A stretch of 59,031 nucleotides of DNA, counting the filler, from Sphacelaria rigidula (lineage: Eukaryota): NCBI GenBank assembly GCA_964200075.2. It is 9 parts of 9 records of this genome, joined end to end, with 100 filler letters (N's around TTAATTAATTAA, not from the genome) between each part and the next. Parts side by side here need not be neighbours in the genome. Positions count along the whole stretch, not along the records: positions 45,992 to 52,461 come from CAXNAA020019882.1; positions 52,562 to 59,031 come from CAXNAA020019883.1; 7 more parts are not named here. One strand, written 5' to 3'. Made by a program: the position numbers and the translations under genes. Numbering within the stretch: the stretch's first letter is position 1; each line of letters begins with the position of its first letter. Positions 51,764 to 59,031 of the stretch are shown here, piece by piece. The notes beneath the pieces are model-generated. The model was not told the DNA's origin and searched no databases. It saw only the letters and a program-made list of their open reading frames with translations.

Positions 51764-51910
51764 GGAAAGGGGCTCGGTGTACGTCGCCATCTTGCCGATT
51801 CCGATGAGAAATACGCCGAGTTCGTCGTGAGCTACATCGACGACCCCGGAGAAACGGCCGCTTCTGCACGTGCCATCGCTGGCATCAGCCGCCTACTGAA
51901 CTCGACATCG
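51764..51910 (+). CDS. Possible isolated exon of unknown function
   Basis: GC-rich block bounded by TTTTGCACAG| and |GTAAAC. Open frame RRHLADSDEKYAEFVVSYIDDPGETAASARAIAGISRLL. Confidence 0.3.
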
Positions 51911-52376
51911 GTAAACTGTTCGTTGTTTTGTGTGTTGTGTTTTGTGTTTCACGTTTGCCCATGCTTCGATGTCTTTCATACCCTGGACGATTGAACTAAT
52001 TACACTGTCAAATTGTCTGCCTCGGGTTTTGGGTTGGGGTTTTTCAGTGCCTTTGTTGATGTGGATTTCAACAGTTGCACACCCTGGGCAGTAGATTGCG
52101 TCGTCAAAAAGTGTACCGCGTTCAGTGTCGACTATTGCGTGCGCTGTACATCTCTTCGACAATGTAATAATCTATTGTCCAGGGTAGGGTGTAAAAAAAT
52201 GTAAAGTATTTCAATATTTTATCAACCATGGCCGTTTCGGCGTCGAGCTGGGACGAATCCGACAACATCGGACGTGAAGAGCGAACATGAGAAACGTATA
52301 TGGTCAAAAATCAACGCGGTGCGTGAGTGACCTGATCACATCCGCGATGATGAAGAAAATGCGAGGCGTGTGTACC

Positions 52377-52461
52377 GGGAGGGGGGCGGTGTACTCATGA
52401 TCATGCATGCCATAGTCATCAGACCATTGACCTCGCATCTCTACAAAGCCGGGACGGAGCA
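52377..52461 (-). mobile_element. Family B tail with C-run
   Basis: Reverse complement ends ATGATCATGAGTACACCGCCCCCC. Confidence 0.8.
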
Positions 52462-53065
52462 NNNNNNNNNNNNNNNNNNNNNNNNNNNNNNNNNNNNNNN
52501 NNNNNTTAATTAATTAANNNNNNNNNNNNNNNNNNNNNNNNNNNNNNNNNNNNNNNNNNNNGATATAGGGGACACCGTCACGAGGCTCCCTGGGTCTTTC
52601 GTGCATATCATTAGTGGAAATTAGACGACGCCAACACCCGATATCACCGAAACATCATGGTTTCGGGTATAATTCGACCCGCACAGTATCCGTTTTAAAA
52701 GTATGATTTTCTCGTTAGCTTCCCGTGTAGATGGCGGTTACTACGACGATTCGAAGCATGTAGAGATTGGGTGAAAATTGGGCTTGGTATTCGTAATTCA
52801 GATCTTGGAACAGGTTAAAGGGCGCTGATTGGCTGAGACACATTTTCGTCCATAGCGCCACTGCTACGGCCTTCAACAAAAATCCGGCTATGTCACCCTC
52901 TTCGTCTCTTCATTGCGGTCAGCATGATACCATATATGCGACTATTGGGTGGGTATTGCGGAAGGCATTTGCTGATGACACCATTTGGGGTGGTCACCGT
53001 GAACCAACCTGTATCACTTGGGTATGACATTGATTCTCTCTACTCAAACTTTGAGTAGATCGAAT

Positions 53066-53690
53066 GTTGTCGTGTGTGTGTTATCGTCCCATCTATTCTG
53101 AACGCCGGTCTACACCTTTCGGTATATGTGGGCGCATCAGTCGGGTCACACAGGGGGAACGTCAACACAAGAGTTTTTTTTCTTTTTTGTTTGTTTTTAG
53201 TACTCCACCTTCCTTCTGCGGTTATTGCCTTTGTTTTTTATCGCGAGAGGGGTTCAGCAATCCCTTTCCCTCGTCGACCATTGAGTCGAATTTTGTGTCG
53301 CCACGACATAAGTCGCTCTCCATTGCAGTAGATCTGAGGATTTGTACGTAAATAATGGTTGGTACTCGGTTTTACCTGACTTCAGACTCAACAAAGTTCT
53401 AAGAAAATTCATGGTCTGGGGCAGGTGAGCAGTGGTGAGCAGTAGATCCACCTCGTCCAGAATGTGTTTTGGTCCAAAATCGGCTGAAAGGCGTCGATTT
53501 GAGTTTTGGCAATGCACACTTTGCGTAGGGAACATTTTGTACCCCCTTGCCCGAGGGTTCAAATCCTCAGATCCCCTCCTCCACTGTTTGGCACTTTGTG
53601 ATAAAAATCCCAGATTACGCCGAGATTTGAACCCACGACCCAGCCGCGAGAAGGTTGTGAGGTTACCGACTGAGCCGCCGGGGCGACGGA
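53066..53690 (-). mobile_element. tRNA-headed SINE interrupted by a MITE (~53325-53590)
   Basis: Head (reverse complement) at ~53600-53690; body at 53066-53325. Confidence 0.75.
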
Positions 53691-53860
53691 TTGAGTACGG
53701 GCTCAAATTCTTTTCTCGAAATTTGAGTATTAAAAGTATGACTTTTCTAAAATACCGAGAAGTGAGTACGAGTTGGGTCAGCCTAAAAACGGATTTAAGC
53801 TCTCAAAGCGATGTCTCAACGACATAGACGAGTTGGGCCGTGATCCGCATATCGCATCAA

Positions 53861-56800
53861 CCCTTCTGGGACCGGACCCCCACCAACACAGGGTTGACCC
53901 TGTGTTAGTGAAACAATGAAAAACAAGTCTTCGAGCGACCTGCCCAATCACAGCGAGGCGAAATTTATCGACCAGACCCGAACGATCAGCGCGGGGATTG
54001 TTGTCTAGCGCAATGCCACTGCAAAGATCGTGTGGGGGTCCTATCCCTGGCCCAGAGAAGCCTCTCCAGGTTTTTAAGTGCAGGGAGGTCGCAGCTTGGT
54101 TGTATGATATGACTTGCACTCAGTATACCGTTCCCGAGTTTTTCCGGATTGTTTTTTGGGTCTCGATTCCCTACCAAAACGTAGTAATTTACACTAACAC
54201 AGGGTCGACCGGAAAAAACCGAGAAGGAGTGTACATGCCACCGTGTGGTCATTTTCACGGGGCACCAAACCCAGGTGGGCCGTGGGAAGACAAAAGGGGC
54301 TACCGTAATGAATTCTGCGTATCCCTCTGCCGATGACTTGCAGTGTGTAGTCCACATGTATGTAGTGGACAGGGATGACGAAGCTCTTGATAAGCAGCTG
54401 ATTTTGGTAGCTGAGAAATGCCGAGAACGTAGAAGGGAGTATGCAGCGGCAGCTGCTGCTTCAGTTGGAGAGACTACAGTGTACTGCACTATACTCTTGT
54501 ATGTATGCGCGCCGTAACGCTGATACCCTTCGAAGAGAATATTTGCCGCATGCGACGAAGGGGGCAATGGCGGCCCGCCCCAACCACAAAGGGCTGTGTG
54601 GCAAGGTGATGGGGGCAAAAGTATCACTCAAAGCCACAAGTGGCGGGCGGCCCGCCGGTTGCCGCATCCTGTTCGTTAGAAGCTCTCTACCGCGACACAT
54701 ACTGCTTGCTACATCAGATGTACACCACCTAATGCGCACCCTGCACCTGAAAATAGATTAGTGTGTTTGCGAAGACCGAAATCGGGTCCAGCCTTGAAAT
54801 CCGGAGCAAGATCGGAATGTAACCCCATTTTTCAACAACTAGGTTTTCAAGAGCCCACCGGCTTTGGTGATGTGAAGACCAAATTTAGGTCTTGGGCTCG
54901 GGCTTTCGTATTGGTCAACGTTCCCAAGTCCGCATTACGGTTTGGATCACTCTGGTCTGGGGGGCATATTTGCCCCCAAAGTCCGCAGCCAAAAGACCAT
55001 TCTGGTCTTCCCTTGGTTTGGTCTGTTAGATATACATGCTATTGGCTGAAAGGCCCGAAGGGTTTTCCGTTCCCCCGGCACATACCACACCAGCTCCATC
55101 ATCGCGCGTAGGGCGCACACCAGGCCACACGCCGAGAACGGTTGGTATGACAGTGGTGTTTTCGTGGAGTCAGCACAGCAGCATGTATTATGCACAAAGA
55201 ACGAATGTTGAGCACAACTTGACACAGACAGCGAGTAGCTCGAACAACATGAAACAAACGCGACGTGCATACGGCTTGCACGAAAGTTTAGAGCACGGGA
55301 AGGGAGCAAGCATGTGATACAGCAGGAGACGTTTATTTACTCACCTCCCACAGCTGAGGGTAACTCAAGGTGAATCGCAAGATTTTTGCGAGAAGCGCCA
55401 GCATGGCCGAGCGTTCAAAAATTGGCGCTCGACAAGAATTGGGGATCCGTCTAACATGAGGGCAAGAACTATAACATGGGACGTTTGCTATTTCACCGTG
55501 CTGCAGCACAAACATACCCACGCTCTCTATCGTGTGTTGTAGCTATCACTGTGGTGTGGTGTGGTCGGACCTTCACGAAGACCGTTTTATGTCCGCTGGG
55601 ATTGCGTCAGTTGCCTTACTGTCCCTGCCTTGGTTCTTACAGAAAATGAGGAAAAATATGTTTTTCGGCAAGTTTTCGGTACGCAGTGCTATCTACACTA
55701 CTGTGTGTAGTTGTCTGTTGTGTGTTTCGCTGTTTCGTTTTCCATGAAACGAACAAGGCGCTTCCTTCACCCACCATTTCTTTGCTGTAGTTGTCGCTAT
55801 GCTGTTGTGCATTTGAACACTCTACGATAAACATGGTGTGATGTGCCCTGGAGAGTGCCTGAACAGCTGTAGTGCTGCATGCGATGTTCCGGTAAGCATG
55901 GAAGTGGGGTGACATCAAATTGCTACACTAGCTACTGTCTGTACACAAAGGTGAAACGATGAAACCATCACGTGACGACTGTACTGTGCAGCTGTCTGTG
56001 GCGTCCCCGTCCGTGCTTCAGCTATAGTCGGGTGCTGGGATCGGAGAAGACACGCAAGGCGGACGCGTGCACGTTGGGGCGAACAAATTGAGCCAGCACG
56101 GAGCTGCTTATCCCAAGCGTTTGATGACAGGAGCCGTCTGCCTTGACGTCCCATGTGATAGTTCTTCCCCCCATTTCAGACGAGTGCTCATTTTTTGCCG
56201 AGATCCAATTTTTGAACGCTTGACCATGATCGCGCTTCGCGTGAAAAGTGCAGTTATGGCCCAGCGTTTGTAAACCGCCATTCGGCCAACATCGAGCTCA
56301 TCCGAAATCAGGGGAAGAACTATCGCATGGGACATGTTCTATATCACTGTGCTGTAGCTGTCGCTGCGCTGTGGTGTCTCCAGACCTTTTCGAAGACGGT
56401 TTGGTCGTTCGTCTCCTCGAAAAATCATGCTGTCAACCCTGTGTCAACACGTAGTGCACTCTAGACACCGTTCCTGTTGACACCGTTATGGTGTGTTGGC
56501 TATTTCGTCTCAAGTCAAGCGAACAAGGCGCTTCCCAAACCCACCATTTATATGCTGCAGTTGTAGCTGTGCTGTTGTGCATTTAAAGACTCTACGACGA
56601 TCACGGTGCGATTGGCGCTGGAGAGTGCCTGAACAGCTGTCGTGCTGCATGCGGTGTTTCGGTATGTATGGAGTTGGGGTGGCACCAAATTATTGATCGC
56701 CTTTTGGAGGAATGATACTTGGTTTGGGACAGACTGAACACGGATAACACACTTTACAAGACGACCTACTGTCAGTTACCTAGGGTTTACCTGGACGCTC

Positions 56801-57649
56801 CGGAAATATAGGGAAAATACTACAGAAGAAACCCTCACGACTTCATATCCACCCGCACTCAAAGTGCGGACAAAGGAAGTATCAGTTGTATATCTGCGCT
56901 GGACTCAGCAGCAAAAAACAGTGAGCGTGCATCGTTCTGCACTTGACACAGTCTACTGCATGAAACTGGTGTCTCTACTTAGTGTTCCACAGCAACACTA
57001 TAGTACAGTGTGAAGCCATGTTGGCACACAAGAGGCGCAGGCAGGGGGCAAAGACAGGCCACGAGTAAAAAGTACGCTGTATGTGCCCACGTGATTCATG
57101 ATTTGTGATCAAAATGATTCTCCTTGTCTGCAACAACTTCTGTGCAAACCGGATATACACATCATGTCAATCGCTGTCTGTGTCAAGTTGCGCTCAAAAT
57201 ACCATCTCTCTGTGCATATGTTGATGTGCTGACCTCAAAAGAACACCACAACCACACCATCACCCGCTGATTCGCCATGTTCTGGGCGCGTGATCTAGTG
57301 CTTGCGCGAGCAGCGAGGTGGCTGGTGTGGTGTGTGTTGTCGGGAGGACGGTTACACGCTACACGTCACGCCTGTTGGCCAATAGAATCTCCTGATAAAA
57401 GTCCAAACCGAGCGAAACGCAACCATCGGACTTTGGACTGACTTTGGACTTCGGGGGAATAACAAAGTCCAAGTCCTGACCCTCATTTGATATCCGCAAA
57501 CACCGTACTAGATGAAACTTTCGGTCTTCGTCATAACCCTGCAGTTACATCCGCGGATTTTCAGCAACACGCCACTGTTTCGTGCAGACGCCAGACACGT
57601 CATTCGTGACCAGCCTCTTGGTCGTTCTGGAGGCCCGGTCCCTGAAGGG
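53861..57649. mobile_element. Large non-autonomous piggyBac-like element
   Basis: TCAA|CCCTTCTGGGACCGG...CCGGTCCCTGAAGGG|TTAA. No intact transposase seen. Internal duplication ~55340-55920 versus ~56200-56690. Confidence 0.7.
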
Positions 57650-57653
57650 TTAA

Positions 57654-58631
57654 GGGCATTTTACTAAGACCTCAAAACTGATTTTTGCCCTAAACTCATG
57701 AAAAATTGAAAAAAAACTTCGGGACCTCACAGACAGATTTTTTTCATGCCCTGTTGATTGTCCATACCAAATTTCTCTGTCCAACTCCAAGAAAAAATTG
57801 CGGATTTACCTTTGAAAAACCGGGCCGGCGTGAATTCGGAACAATATTTTGCATGCCGTTTATCGGCGCACGTTTGGTGTTTGTGGGTTGAAACTTTGTG
57901 CGGGACCTCGCTAGGTCATGATGAACGAAGAAAAGTGGGTGAGGTTGGTTTTAATTTTATATTTCACGGATTGAGGGCGTTTTAGTGTGGTAACGACCAT
58001 TTTTTTTATGAGAACGCCCGAACCTCTCATGAAAAAATAAGAAAATAAAGGTCCATTTTTTTTTACTCGGCATACCTCTGTCGTTCTCCATGCCAAGTTT
58101 CAAATCACAATTATGAAAATTGAGCTGAAAAATTGAGATAAGGCCCAACAGCAATGTTCATTTCTCCTCAAGACTCCCCTAAATACACGAAAAAAGTGAA
58201 AAAAAAAACGAAAACAACCCGGAAAGGCTGTGTTCTTTATTTCATTATGCCCTAGCGGTTTTTCATATCGAATTTCATAGCACAACTCTCAAAAACTGAG
58301 ACGCGACATCCAGATTTAGGTCATCTGGTGCCTCCGCTCGAAATATACTGATTTTAGTATGAAAATTTATGTGCGCCATATCTCGAGATAGATAACGAAT
58401 TAGGTGAAGGTGAGGGTATATATCATCTCCCCATGCTCCAGGGGAGGTCCACACCGAAAATCGTCATCATCCGCTTAATCGATCGTTCGGGGTTTCATAT
58501 AGATTTGAGTGTTGACGCTATCTCCGCTAGATAAAAGGAATTACTAGACATGGGGTTTAAACAACGAGAAAAGAGTTAAAGAATTGGCCCATATTTTTGA
58601 GCAGATGGGCACCTTCGCCTTGATTAGACGA
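57654..58631 (-). mobile_element. Right part of family X, inverted
   Basis: Its reverse complement aligns to ~11845-12575. Bounded by TTAA on both sides. Confidence 0.8.
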
Positions 58632-58635
58632 TTAA

Positions 58636-59031
58636 CCCTTTTGGGTCCGGGCCTCCAGAACGACCAATGAAGCTGGTCAGGAATGACGTGTCTGGCGTCT
58701 GCACAAAACAGTGGCGTGTTGCTGAAAATCCGCGTAAGTAACCGTAGGGTTGTTATGACGAAGACCGAAAGTTTCATCCAATCTGTTATCAGGTGCAGGG
58801 TGCGCATTGGGTGGTGTGCATCTGATATAGCAAGCAGTATGAGTCGCGGTAGAGAGCTTCCAACAGGATGTGGCAACATGTGGCTTTGAGTGATACTTTT
58901 GCCCCCATCACCTTGCCACACAGCCCTTTGTGGTCGGGGCGGGCCGCCATTGCCCCCTTCGTCGCATGCGGCAAATATTCTCTTCGAAGGGTATCAGCGT
59001 TACGGCGCGCATAGATACAAGAGTATAGTGC
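58636..59031 (-). mobile_element. Second piggyBac-like copy (deleted derivative), opposite orientation
   Basis: 58636-58778 is an inverted homolog of 57512-57649; 58790-59031 is an inverted homolog of ~54484-54750. Confidence 0.85.

Noticed and set aside
6472..52561. Motif TTAATTAATTAA recurring with exact 6570-bp periodicity
   Set aside because: It is a synthetic six-frame-stop spacer between concatenated, similar-length contigs. No adjacency across spacers is biological.

Overview
This is not one locus. It is nine unrelated contigs (6471 bp, then 8 x 6470 bp) joined by 100-bp N/TTAATTAATTAA spacers. The sequence is repeat-rich, intron-containing eukaryotic DNA; the LINE protein motifs, CCCTAA repeats and long-intron genes suggest a brown alga (inference). 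Host genes visible: four exons of an ABCG/White-type half transporter, the first exon of a CENP-S/MHF1 histone-fold gene, and a divergently oriented gene of uncertain function. Most of the rest is decayed mobile DNA: RTE-like and APE-RT LINEs, Copia and Gypsy remnants, tRNA-headed SINEs, and many nested MITEs. The most notable signals are: (1) two retroelement families with a homologous 3' stem-loop end, no poly(A), and apparent insertion into poly(C) tracts, including an empty-versus-filled site pair; (2) non-autonomous DNA elements sharing a CACACGTCGGAC terminal repeat but carrying different 42-bp-period arrays; (3) MITEs with AACA...TGTT ends and 4-bp TSDs; (4) a ~1-kb segment inverted between two facing piggyBac-like ends. 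All calls were made by eye, with no database searches.
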